IMG/VR virus record: IMGVR_UViG_2595698595_000001
Location: 32,001-96,000 of that record
Length of the DNA: 64,000 bases
Strand: one strand, 5' to 3'
From: a virus
Lineage: Duplodnaviria > Caudoviricetes
Positions 17,766 through 27,150 of this stretch are shown here, piece after piece. Made by a program: the position numbers and the translations under genes. Within the stretch, counting starts at the first letter, position 1. Every line of letters begins with the position of its first letter. The notes under the pieces are model-generated. The model was given only the letters and a program-made list of their open reading frames with translations. It ran no database searches and was not told the origin of the DNA.

Positions 17766-18710
17766 ATGTCAGTATTGCAAAAAGATTTAGTTTGGTTTGA
17801 GAAATACAGACCAAAAACATTGGAAGAAGCTTGTTATCCAAAACGTATTCATGAACAATTCAAAGAAGGATTAAAAAGTAATCTTATCCTTTCAGGTATT
17901 CAGGGTTCTGGGAAAACAACATTAGCTAGAATTCTTACAAAAGACTTTTCAGTTTTAAGATTAGATGGTTCTAAAAATGGTGGTGTCGATGCTGTAAGAA
18001 ATGATATTGAAGCCTTTTGCAGTATTTCAGGATTCGATAATCGTATGAAAATAGTTTTCATTGATGAAGCTGATGCTATGTCAACTGCTGCTCAAGGTGC
18101 TATGCGTGGAACTATTGAGAAATTTGCCAAAGTTGCATATTTCATTCTAACATGTAATTATCCTGAAAAGATTCTTGATCCAGTTAAATCTAGATTCGAT
18201 TTAGTTGATTTCAATTTTACAGGTTCTGAAGCTCAAGAACAGACAGATAATTACATTCGTAGAATTGTTCATATAGCTAAAGCTGAAAATCTAACTATTA
18301 CTAAAGAGGGTATTTTGGAATTGATGAAAAGATTCTTCCCAGACTTTAGATCGATTATCAATAAGATGCAATCTTTGAAACAATCGAATATGTCTTTATC
18401 GATTGAATCTTTAATGGTTTCTGAAACAACAGAAGATTCAGAATTGTATCAATTACTTCTTACAACAAGCTATCCACCAGAACTTTACAAATATGTTAAA
18501 GCTAAGTTCATGAATAAAGAACATGTAGCTTATAACTCATTAGGTTCTACTTTCCTTGAATGGTTAATGTTAGACAAAGTTGGTAAGAATAACAAAGTTG
18601 GTGAAGTTGCAGCATGTGTTCATAAATATCAATACGAATCACAAGGTGTAATAGACAAACTAGTTACATTGTTAGCATGTTGTTACGAAATCAATAGAAT
18701 AATTCGATAG
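17766..18710 (+). CDS. Clamp loader AAA+ subunit (T4 gp44/RFC-like)
   Basis: WFEKYRP, GIQGSGKTT, IDEAD, FILTCNY, SRF, PDFR; start ATG 17766. Confidence 0.93.
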   Translation: MSVLQKDLVWFEKYRPKTLEEACYPKRIHEQFKEGLKSNLILSGIQGSGKTTLARILTKDFSVLRLDGSKNGGVDAVRNDIEAFCSISGFDNRMKIVFIDEADAMSTAAQGAMRGTIEKFAKVAYFILTCNYPEKILDPVKSRFDLVDFNFTGSEAQEQTDNYIRRIVHIAKAENLTITKEGILELMKRFFPDFRSIINKMQSLKQSNMSLSIESLMVSETTEDSELYQLLLTTSYPPELYKYVKAKFMNKEHVAYNSLGSTFLEWLMLDKVGKNNKVGEVAACVHKYQYESQGVIDKLVTLLACCYEINRIIR

Positions 18711-18713
18711 CGT

Positions 18714-19085
18714 ATGTTAATGAATTGTATTAAATCGTTCAAATCATTAACAGATAACGATAAACTAGAATGTAAATTACAATTCTGTAAAGAAGGTTTG
18801 ATGTTATCTATCTGTAAAAATGAATCACGTTATAGCTTTTCTACAGGTATTTACGTTATCGAATATAATTCAGAAGACTTTCGTAAACGTTTGTCTAACG
18901 TTTCAAAAGATTTAGACAATCATTACGATTATGTGAAGTTTTCTGAAACTATAGATACGTTCTATATCAATAAACATACTATCAGAATATCAGTAAATCA
19001 TTTGTCCGAAGTTCATCATTTCTATATGTCACTCATAGAACTAAGGGACTTGGTTTTCGAATATAACAATCCTGTGAAAGATTAG
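18714..19085 (+). CDS. Hypothetical protein
   Basis: 123-aa ORF in operon. Confidence 0.6.
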   Translation: MLMNCIKSFKSLTDNDKLECKLQFCKEGLMLSICKNESRYSFSTGIYVIEYNSEDFRKRLSNVSKDLDNHYDYVKFSETIDTFYINKHTIRISVNHLSEVHHFYMSLIELRDLVFEYNNPVKD

Positions 19086-19104
19086 TACTATTAACTTATA
19101 CATA
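19064..19104 (+). promoter_or_regulatory. Tandem TAGTACTAT and TATACATA boxes
   Basis: taac-N15-tagtactat (19083) followed by tatacata (19097). Confidence 0.55.
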
Positions 19105-19116
19105 AATCATATCAAT

Positions 19117-19512
19117 ATGTCAATTGTTGAAAAACTCAAAGAACTCTTAAAAACTAAATCTAAAGAAGAAATTCAAGCAGCTTGGGATGCTGCAGGTGAA
19201 GCTACAAAAGATGTCAAAGGTCCAAAAGTTTCAGATTTTATCGAATCTATAAAGATAGCTAATACTGAAAAACCTATCATGTGTGTTAGAATGAAAGCTG
19301 ACACTAATCGTATGGAAGCTAACGAAATTCGACATAGACTGAATAGACTATTAGATGAAGCTTATCATGTATTAGTTTTAGTAGGTGATGATAACGATAT
19401 CGAATTCATTAATGCTAAATTCGAAGAAACCGGTAAGTATCTATTCACGCAATACGAAGTTCAAACAATTCTCTCAGAAATAGAAGAAGCTTTAAATAAT
19501 GAAGAAAAATAA
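19117..19512 (+). CDS. Hypothetical protein
   Basis: 131-aa ORF after promoter. Confidence 0.7.
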   Translation: MSIVEKLKELLKTKSKEEIQAAWDAAGEATKDVKGPKVSDFIESIKIANTEKPIMCVRMKADTNRMEANEIRHRLNRLLDEAYHVLVLVGDDNDIEFINAKFEETGKYLFTQYEVQTILSEIEEALNNEEK

Positions 19513-20245
19513 ATTCGAAGGATTCGGTTATATTCATTTGTGTGATATCGATCAACCTAATTTCGAAGATAATGAAAGATTGATACATGAACATATGAAA
19601 TCTTTTAATCCCGAAATTATCAGATATTCTCAGTATCTTTCAAATCAAAAACCAGTAGATTTTACTACTGGTTTGATTATCAATAATTTACATGATGCTC
19701 TAAATTCAGAAGAAGATACACCTATCGTTCTTATAGACGAAACTCTTGCTAATGCTTACGAATGGATCGGAAGACTTAAATATGGTGCTGTTATTCTTTA
19801 CAATTCTAATTCTATTGATAAAGAATCGTTAATCAACTTTTCTTCTAAATATGTAGAATTGCATCAAAGTTATGTAAGAACAAATTCTAAGACTGAGACT
19901 ATTCAGATAGTTAGAAACGATATGTTCAAATTCGATATCGAAGAATCTATAGAACAGACTAAAGCATTTTACAGATTCGCACCTGTAAGATATTTACCCG
20001 TTCAATTTCAAATCGAATGTAGGGGTAACATTAAGAAACTTGAAGAAGCTATGGAAGATATTTCATTGGTTAAATTTAAGATACGTAAACGTATATCGAC
20101 CAGAAAAGCATTCAATATATTTGATGCTTTATTATTCAGTATCAAATTCGATAATACGTTTTCAAAGTCTGAAGTAAAGTCAGTTCTAAAAGTAAATAAA
20201 CTACTGACAAATAAGATTAACGTTATAGAACATTTTCAATTATGA
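19499..20245 (+). CDS. Hypothetical protein
   Basis: 248-aa ORF. Confidence 0.7.
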   Translation: MKKNKFEGFGYIHLCDIDQPNFEDNERLIHEHMKSFNPEIIRYSQYLSNQKPVDFTTGLIINNLHDALNSEEDTPIVLIDETLANAYEWIGRLKYGAVILYNSNSIDKESLINFSSKYVELHQSYVRTNSKTETIQIVRNDMFKFDIEESIEQTKAFYRFAPVRYLPVQFQIECRGNIKKLEEAMEDISLVKFKIRKRISTRKAFNIFDALLFSIKFDNTFSKSEVKSVLKVNKLLTNKINVIEHFQL

Positions 20246-21039
20246 TCGAAACAAATAGAATTTATACAGTAGGAGAATTCAAAAACAAAAAATCAGGTGA
20301 AATTGTATATGGTTACATATTTACGGATGAAGATGAAAAGATATTCGAGTCTTATAATAGACATGTTCACGAATTGATCCGTAGAGCTATTGTTTTCAAA
20401 CAGAGATTTAGTTTAGCTTCTGAAATAGCCGATTTACCTACATCCGATCATAATTTGATAGAACTGGAACGTAAGACTGAACGAGATCGTTATAATTTTG
20501 ATTACTTTAAATCTAGAAAATCTATAGAAGGTGGAGGTATCGTATTCTGGGAGAATTTCAATAGTATTTCTTTAGCTTCAGTTTTCGAAAAATTCACCAT
20601 CGTTAATGTATTTGAAGTATTTGGGTTCGGTTTACCGTTACCATACGTTAATTACAATTCATTTAAGAATAGTATCGTAAACATTTACATATCTGATAAA
20701 TCTACAATAAGTCCTTCTGATTTGATAAATGTCAGATATTCCGCAGATCATATTCATTATGGTATTACTTATTTCAGTACTAAGAATCTACAATGTATTT
20801 TAGATAGTATTGAAGCTACTTCTAAAAAGGCTAATCAATGTAATATCGTAATCGATTTAGAAATTCTAAATGACGAAAGTCTTCTTATATGGTTCGAGAA
20901 AACAGTATTAGCTTACGAATTGATCGACATGACTAATGTAAAATTCTTGATTAAACGTAAACCTCTTCATTCTATAATCAAATCTAATTATCCATTAATA
21001 CTAAAACATTCAAAATTTCATTACGATGAACAAACCTAA
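20242..21039 (+). CDS. Hypothetical protein
   Basis: 265-aa ATGA-coupled ORF. Confidence 0.7.
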   Translation: MIETNRIYTVGEFKNKKSGEIVYGYIFTDEDEKIFESYNRHVHELIRRAIVFKQRFSLASEIADLPTSDHNLIELERKTERDRYNFDYFKSRKSIEGGGIVFWENFNSISLASVFEKFTIVNVFEVFGFGLPLPYVNYNSFKNSIVNIYISDKSTISPSDLINVRYSADHIHYGITYFSTKNLQCILDSIEATSKKANQCNIVIDLEILNDESLLIWFEKTVLAYELIDMTNVKFLIKRKPLHSIIKSNYPLILKHSKFHYDEQT

Positions 21040-21778
21040 AATCAAAATCATATCATTACATGCTAATTCTGGTGCTGGTAAAGATTACATTACCTCATGT
21101 ATGAATTATCTAGCTATCAATCCAAAAGATTTAGACATTTCAAAAATATCAAAAGAAAAATTAGAATATCTTCATAACGTTTCAAATTCTGACATTCAAA
21201 CAGAAACAGGAATTGACTGGAATAGAGGTGACTTAATGGTTTTTAGATTCTCAACACCTTTACGTAGTATAGTTCAAGCTGTAGCAGGTACTGATTTTAC
21301 CATGAATGACATGGATAAGCAATCCACTAAATTGTATCATCCTAAACATTTGAAACATGGAGAATCGATACGTGATTTACATCTATTACTTTCTGATGCT
21401 GTTAAAAATGCTATCGGAATGCCAGATATCTTCTCAGTTTTGTTGAAACATAGAGTTTTAGATTTAGTAGGTCATATAATAAGTTCTGGTACATATTGGA
21501 AAGAATTCACTATCATTATTCTAGATACAAGATATCCTGAAGAACTAAAAGTGTTGGATGATTTATCCGAAGAACTTGATAAAATGGAATGTGATTATTC
21601 GATAAATTCGATATACATTACATCAGATTCAATTAACAAAATCAATCATTCATCTGAACAAAATCTATACGAACAGTTTCCAGAAAAGTTCAATATCGTA
21701 TTTCATAACGATAAAACTAGAACTACTAGAGAAACTTTGAAAGCTGTAAAAACTGAAATAGTTGACAAGCTTAAGTGA
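21026..21778 (+). CDS. Deoxynucleoside monophosphate kinase-like P-loop protein
   Basis: SLHANSGAGKD, FSTPLR, IILDTRYPEE, HSSE, FHND as in phage dNMP kinases (T4 gp1 family). Confidence 0.75.
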   Translation: MNKPKIKIISLHANSGAGKDYITSCMNYLAINPKDLDISKISKEKLEYLHNVSNSDIQTETGIDWNRGDLMVFRFSTPLRSIVQAVAGTDFTMNDMDKQSTKLYHPKHLKHGESIRDLHLLLSDAVKNAIGMPDIFSVLLKHRVLDLVGHIISSGTYWKEFTIIILDTRYPEELKVLDDLSEELDKMECDYSINSIYITSDSINKINHSSEQNLYEQFPEKFNIVFHNDKTRTTRETLKAVKTEIVDKLK

Positions 21779-21810
21779 AACAATTTGTAAAGATTAGGTA
21801 ATATATTATC

Positions 21811-22107
21811 ATGAAAATACTAATATCATTATTACTTTGTATCAGTTTATTAAGCTGTTCTAGAGATGTTTATGTAGATGGTAAGGATGAAAAAGGTTAC
21901 TTCTTTTATCATGAAGAATGTATAAAATCCGAAACATATACTGAAACAGTGCCAACTTTGATAAACGACGGTACTGGAATGTCAATGGGTGGTGGAGTTT
22001 ATCTATCAACTCAAACATATACAGAATGTCTAGAATCGATAATCGTAAAACGTTACATGAGTAATAGTGATACTAGTAAATACGAAAACATATACATAAG
22101 AAAATAA
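21811..22107 (+). CDS. Putative lipoprotein
   Basis: MKILISLLLCISLLSC lipobox-type signal. Confidence 0.65.
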   Translation: MKILISLLLCISLLSCSRDVYVDGKDEKGYFFYHEECIKSETYTETVPTLINDGTGMSMGGGVYLSTQTYTECLESIIVKRYMSNSDTSKYENIYIRK

Positions 22108-23417
22108 TGCAAAGGACTATTATCGTAGATGGTAACTTCATGTTAATGCGTATCTTCTCAGTTCTAAACTTTGAAGGAACATTCATGACAGTTAAACGAC
22201 CTGAAGAATCTGATATGCAGTTTAATGCTAGACGAAACAAAGACATTAATGAATTCATTAAAAATCTTTGTCGACATTTCGCAAAAACTGTTCAAAGATA
22301 TTCATACTGTGACAAGATCATTATAGCTAAAGATGCTAAATCTTGGCGTAAGGACATGTCAATTCCTCAACCAAAGAATTATACTTTAGATGGATTCACA
22401 GAAGGTGATGATACAGATTACAAAGGTAATCGTGTAAAGGATGATAAAGTTGATTGGTCGGTTGTATATTCAACATTCGAGGATTTTGCCCAAACTTTAG
22501 AAAGTGATTTCAATGTACCATATGCTAAAGTAAATGGTGCTGAAGGTGATGATTGGTTATGGTATCTTCCTAGATATTTGTATAAGAATAAGAAAATACA
22601 TTCATTGCTTTACTGTAGTGATGGTGATATTTCTCATACTATCAAAGATTATACAATCATTGCTAGACAAGTAAAAACTAAAATCGGACCACAAGGTGAG
22701 TTACTTACTACAAAGAAACTTAATGAAGTTTTCGATGCTACTAAAAATGCTACTATCTTTAATGTTAATCATTCAGAATCTGACCATTTAACTGAAATGT
22801 TTAAGGAAGTAAGTACTGGATTAGTTCATCATATCGTACCTAATCCAGCTTCTCATTTGGTTTGGAAATTATTGATAGGTGATGCTAAAGATAACATTCC
22901 TTGTACTGTAGCTTATACGAAAAATGGTAAACAGTGGAAACGACCTAATCATACATTCTTTTGTAAGTTCTTAGATTTCAAAGGTATTGGATTAGAATCC
23001 GATCATGAAAATCCATTAACTTTCGAACATCTTTATGATGAGAAATTCATTAGAGAGTTTTATCAAGATTGGTTCGCACCGTCAATGAAGAAAGCTATTA
23101 ATCAAGATATGGATATCGATCACGCTGTTGGAATCTATAAGAACAATCTTAAGATGTTGCATCTTTCTAAAGAACAAATTCCAGAATACGTTTATGATGG
23201 AATGCAGAAAACTATCGAATCTAAATTAGACATACTTGATAAATGTGATACGAAACTAATGACCAATGGTAACGTATTAATCAATTCGATAAATAAAGGG
23301 GCTGCTGTTAATGACTTCTTTAACATGTTCAATCTTGACAAAACTGAAAATACGGTAGAAACACCTGAAGCTTGTGTACCTGATGCTAGTATATTTGACG
23401 AACTAGGTATCGACTAA
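22107..23417 (+). CDS. 5'-3' exonuclease / flap endonuclease (T4 RNase H-like)
   Basis: IVDGN, D.KSWRK, YKGNR, AEGDD, SDGD, GDAKDNIP. Confidence 0.88.
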   Translation: MQRTIIVDGNFMLMRIFSVLNFEGTFMTVKRPEESDMQFNARRNKDINEFIKNLCRHFAKTVQRYSYCDKIIIAKDAKSWRKDMSIPQPKNYTLDGFTEGDDTDYKGNRVKDDKVDWSVVYSTFEDFAQTLESDFNVPYAKVNGAEGDDWLWYLPRYLYKNKKIHSLLYCSDGDISHTIKDYTIIARQVKTKIGPQGELLTTKKLNEVFDATKNATIFNVNHSESDHLTEMFKEVSTGLVHHIVPNPASHLVWKLLIGDAKDNIPCTVAYTKNGKQWKRPNHTFFCKFLDFKGIGLESDHENPLTFEHLYDEKFIREFYQDWFAPSMKKAINQDMDIDHAVGIYKNNLKMLHLSKEQIPEYVYDGMQKTIESKLDILDKCDTKLMTNGNVLINSINKGAAVNDFFNMFNLDKTENTVETPEACVPDASIFDELGID

Positions 23418-23425
23418 ACTAATTT

Positions 23426-23454
23426 GACTCCCATGATATTTCATGGGAGTCTTT
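23426..23454 (+). terminator. Intrinsic terminator-like hairpin
   Basis: gactcccatga-tatt-tcatgggagtc-ttt. Confidence 0.75.
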
Positions 23455-23468
23455 AAACTTTATCAATT

Positions 23469-23540
23469 ATGAACATTCTAATCATAGTTATCCTAGCATT
23501 ATTTTACAGATTATATACACTAGAAAAATATGACGAATAA
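23469..23540 (+). CDS. Candidate 23-aa membrane peptide
   Basis: MNILIIVILALFYRLYTLEKYDE with tcaattATG leader used by other genes. Confidence 0.4.
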   Translation: MNILIIVILALFYRLYTLEKYDE

Positions 23541-23823
23541 GAAAACAACTTCTGAAGTCTTAAAAGAAATAGTTAAGAACGAAACTAGTAAGACTATTAT
23601 CTTTCTTTCAGGTTTACAAGAAGGTGATACTATGGAAGCTATAGGATTCATAGATTCTACGATTCTTAAAGCTGCTAAAGAAATAGCACATATGATAGTA
23701 AACGATAGTCATTGTTCACCCGACCGTATCAAAACTCCTAATAGTAACAATTGTGCTGATTATGTGGAAAACTGGTTTAAAGAAAACAAATATGAAACGA
23801 AATTTAGCATACAAAATCATTAG
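23530..23823 (+). CDS. Hypothetical protein
   Basis: 97-aa ORF. Confidence 0.6.
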   Translation: MTNKKTTSEVLKEIVKNETSKTIIFLSGLQEGDTMEAIGFIDSTILKAAKEIAHMIVNDSHCSPDRIKTPNSNNCADYVENWFKENKYETKFSIQNH

Positions 23824-23856
23824 ATTCATTATCAAAGCTTTAACGTTTAGAAAGAA

Positions 23857-24261
23857 ATGACAGATATAGAAATTTGTTTCGTAATAGGTCTGATTATTAC
23901 AGTTTACGTATTTATCAGAATATTCTTTAGTAAGCCTGAAATAATTAAATTCTATTCTTACAATTATCATAAGTATTCTGACGGACGTTCTCAGTTATGT
24001 CTATATTATTGTAATGCTGATTATTCTAAGAAAATCTGGGACAATGATGACAAACCAGTTTATAGAATTATTCTAAGAGGTCCTATAATCGATTTAGATG
24101 AATGTCTTAGGATCATGTTAGAATATAAGTACGATTTCGAAAAGACAACAAGAATCAAGTTCATAAATAAATTCTGTAACGTTAAAGGAATAGCCTATGG
24201 TTATACAATTGATCTACTATCTTACGAAAGTATAGCACTAAAACCTTTTCCAAAACATTAG
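23857..24261 (+). CDS. Membrane-anchored hypothetical protein
   Basis: N-terminal hydrophobic helix ICFVIGLIITVYVFIRIFF. Confidence 0.65.
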   Translation: MTDIEICFVIGLIITVYVFIRIFFSKPEIIKFYSYNYHKYSDGRSQLCLYYCNADYSKKIWDNDDKPVYRIILRGPIIDLDECLRIMLEYKYDFEKTTRIKFINKFCNVKGIAYGYTIDLLSYESIALKPFPKH

Positions 24262-24267
24262 TAAAAT
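24241..24267 (+). promoter_or_regulatory. AAC-N14 class promoter overlapping TAG stop
   Basis: aaac-cttttccaaaacat-tagtaaaat. Confidence 0.5.
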
Positions 24268-24274
24268 AAATATA

Positions 24275-24736
24275 ATGGAAATCATACATAAAATTGGATT
24301 CTTTGAATTCCTTGACGCGTTCTTTACAGATTCTGTAACTTACAAAAGATTAACTGTAAAAGCTAAAATGGAACATTACTTTATGACGATAAGAACATTA
24401 TCGATAATGTTACCATCATATTGTCATATCATTAACAAAACTCATAATGTTCATGTTTTGGATTCTATCCAGAAAGAAGTTGGAAATCAATCTAGAAAAC
24501 CTCAATGGTTATTTACATCTTCTAAAGGTATCAAAGCGGCTGAAGAGCAAGCTAATCCTTTAGCAAAATATCAAGAAGCTGATCTTATCGAATTCTGTAA
24601 AGACAATGAATTAGAATTCAAGGATTTGAAAACTATCCATCAATTTGCTGGTAAGAATCTTATAGCTTCGATAGAATCTTATATAGATGATCTCTTATCA
24701 GATAAGATGAAACCAACAAAGTCTAGAAAAAACTAA
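24275..24736 (+). CDS. Hypothetical protein
   Basis: 153-aa ORF. Confidence 0.7.
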   Translation: MEIIHKIGFFEFLDAFFTDSVTYKRLTVKAKMEHYFMTIRTLSIMLPSYCHIINKTHNVHVLDSIQKEVGNQSRKPQWLFTSSKGIKAAEEQANPLAKYQEADLIEFCKDNELEFKDLKTIHQFAGKNLIASIESYIDDLLSDKMKPTKSRKN

Positions 24737-24821
24737 AAAGTAACTTTATACATATAATAGGACTTCCAAAAATCCTACTTGCTTTTAAAATAGTGTATTG
24801 AAAATTAAATGTTAAACAATG

Positions 24822-24851
24822 AAGGTCGTACGTTAATCGTACGACCTTTTT
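24822..24851. terminator. Terminator between convergent units
   Basis: aaggtcgtacg-ttaat-cgtacgacctt followed by T run. Confidence 0.8.
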
Positions 24852-24872
24852 ATTTTTGATGAAATATATTAC

Positions 24873-27077
24873 CTAAAACATATCCATTAAAGATTCAGCT
24901 GAGTCATCTATGTTACCCATACCATTCTTACGAATAGGTCTCCAAGTTTCATATTGATCGTTTTTAGGTTTTTCCAATCTTTCGTGTTCGATAGCGTAAT
25001 CCATGATTTCTTTCATTGGAGCATTATCCCTAATCCTATCTTCGATGTTCTTCTTAACTAATTCAGCTTCAGCTTTAACCATAGTTTCGTAAAGATTCTG
25101 TTTAGGAGTTTTAGGAGCGTCGAAATCGTATTCAGTAGGTTCTGCAACTTGTTGAGCTGATTGTAAAGCATGTTCCTTACTAAAGTAGAATATATCTTCT
25201 TGAGCATCATAAACGAAATTAGCTGGATCAACTAACGTTCCAACTGATTCTTGTTCAGCTTTAATCATTTCAGTAACCTTGATACTTATTCTTTCAAGAT
25301 ATTTCAAGTTTGGTTCGATAAGAGTTTCACTAAATCTACGATCCAATGAAGTATCTAAAAACTCATTAGCGAAATCTTTCCATTCTTGGAAGTCTTGTTC
25401 AAGATAATAAGAAAGGTTAACCATAGGCATAACCAAATCATCATGACCGGTTGTAGCTCTGTAACGACCTCTATCATCTTCACCAAATTCACGTATTTGA
25501 CTTATAGTAACTTCATCGGTTTCGATAAATGTCCTATCGTTAAGATACTTTTTGAAACGATTAACACCGATTCGTTTAGATGAAGCATTAACTCTTATAC
25601 CTTTTTCAGGTTTCGTAGCATCCTTCGATCTATAGAATTTAGCGAAAGTCTCAAATTCGATTTCTAAGTCTGGATAAATATCTTCAAGATACTCCATGTG
25701 AGTCATTAACTGATCACCATATTGATTTCGTTCGATAATCAATTTGACTTTCTCCTGATCCATTCTACTTACAAGTTTCATTATAACGTATGCGAAATCT
25801 TTAATATCGATAAGATTATCGTTAAAAACTCCAACATTAAGTAATGAAATATTATTCGATCTATTGTCTTGATCTATAACACCACCAAGTTTTGGCATCA
25901 TTTTATAGATTTTGATAGTACTGTAATCTTGACCAAGACCTTCAGAAACGTCTACAGATAAAACGAAATAATCTTGTGACAGATTGAAATCGAATAACTG
26001 AGTCCATTGGAAAGAATCATCAAAACCTGTTGCTAGATTATGATATCCTTTCCATTTGTAACCAACTTTCGATAAGTAGTTTATCGTATCCTGATTTAAT
26101 AGCTGTTTAACTTTAGCATCGAACGATAATGCATATTGTTGAGCAAAACCAGCATCACCTAAGTTAGCTTTCTCTTGAGCTACCCATTCCTCGTCACGTC
26201 CTGGAACTTCCCAGTAATCAACTCTAAACGGTACAAGTTTATTCTTTTTCTTTAAAGCACCGTCCCATAATTCCCAGTAATAATTCTTACCGTTTGGTGT
26301 TGAAGTCAGAAAGACTTTAGAATCTGGAATGGATGAAATAGTAGGATAAATGTTAATCCATACTTCGTAAGCGTTCTTAGCATATGCAACCTCATCCCAG
26401 AATATAACGTCTACAGTATAACCCTGAATACAGTCTGGACGTAAAGGTCTTGTAATAATCCTACAACCGTTATCGAATCCCATATCTTCAGCACCCCAAG
26501 ATGTTACTCCAGGTTTTAGGAAGAATGGAAGTGCACCGATAACACCTTTTACTTTACCGAAAATCTCTCCAGCGATTGTAGCACGTTGTGCAAGAATTGC
26601 TACAGTTTTATCAGTATGGAATAAACAGAACCAAACAATGTAAATTGCTGTAGTTGTTGTCTTACCAGTTTGACGTGCTTGTAGAACTATATTAAATCGT
26701 TCTTTTTGATATTGTGCAAGTAATTTCTTTTGATATGGTCTTAATTTGATTTTCGATACCTCTTTACCAGCTTTCAGATAAACATATTTCTCAGCGAAAT
26801 AGTTAATATCATCCATACATTTAAGTATCTCTTCAAGTTCTTCTTCAGTATACTGATAAACTAAGTTAGCGTTTCTAATACCTGGTTTACCACGATAAAA
26901 TGGTGAACCTCTGAAACCAACACCTTCATTTATACAGTTATATACGAAATCGATAGAACGGGATGACCATACAATCGAAGCATTCTCCTGTTCTTCCTTG
27001 GAATCGAAAGGAAGTCTAGGATCGAATGTCTTTATAGTTTCGATATGTTTAAGTTCGTTATTATTAGTATCTATCAT
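24873..27077 (-). CDS. terL: Terminase large subunit (T4 gp17-like)
   Basis: YFAEKYV, LRPYQ, ARQTGKTT, WDEVA, TSTPNG, VDVSEGLGQDYS, IERN, GHDDLVM. Confidence 0.95.
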   Translation of the reverse strand: MIDTNNNELKHIETIKTFDPRLPFDSKEEQENASIVWSSRSIDFVYNCINEGVGFRGSPFYRGKPGIRNANLVYQYTEEELEEILKCMDDINYFAEKYVYLKAGKEVSKIKLRPYQKKLLAQYQKERFNIVLQARQTGKTTTTAIYIVWFCLFHTDKTVAILAQRATIAGEIFGKVKGVIGALPFFLKPGVTSWGAEDMGFDNGCRIITRPLRPDCIQGYTVDVIFWDEVAYAKNAYEVWINIYPTISSIPDSKVFLTSTPNGKNYYWELWDGALKKKNKLVPFRVDYWEVPGRDEEWVAQEKANLGDAGFAQQYALSFDAKVKQLLNQDTINYLSKVGYKWKGYHNLATGFDDSFQWTQLFDFNLSQDYFVLSVDVSEGLGQDYSTIKIYKMMPKLGGVIDQDNRSNNISLLNVGVFNDNLIDIKDFAYVIMKLVSRMDQEKVKLIIERNQYGDQLMTHMEYLEDIYPDLEIEFETFAKFYRSKDATKPEKGIRVNASSKRIGVNRFKKYLNDRTFIETDEVTISQIREFGEDDRGRYRATTGHDDLVMPMVNLSYYLEQDFQEWKDFANEFLDTSLDRRFSETLIEPNLKYLERISIKVTEMIKAEQESVGTLVDPANFVYDAQEDIFYFSKEHALQSAQQVAEPTEYDFDAPKTPKQNLYETMVKAEAELVKKNIEDRIRDNAPMKEIMDYAIEHERLEKPKNDQYETWRPIRKNGMGNIDDSAESLMDMF

Positions 27078-27101
27078 ATTTACATAAGATGGTCATTATA
27101 G

Positions 27102-27120
27102 TATGTATAAATGATACATA
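27102..27120. promoter_or_regulatory. Back-to-back late promoters
   Basis: TATACATA on minus strand (27102-27109) facing terL; GATACATA on plus (27113-27120) facing neck gene. Confidence 0.7.
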
Positions 27121-27150
27121 TAATATTACTAATCATATTGCAATAGTTTC

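Noticed and set aside
24275-24736. Clamp loader small subunit (gp62-like)
   Set aside because: Size is compatible but no convincing motif and not adjacent to gp44-like gene
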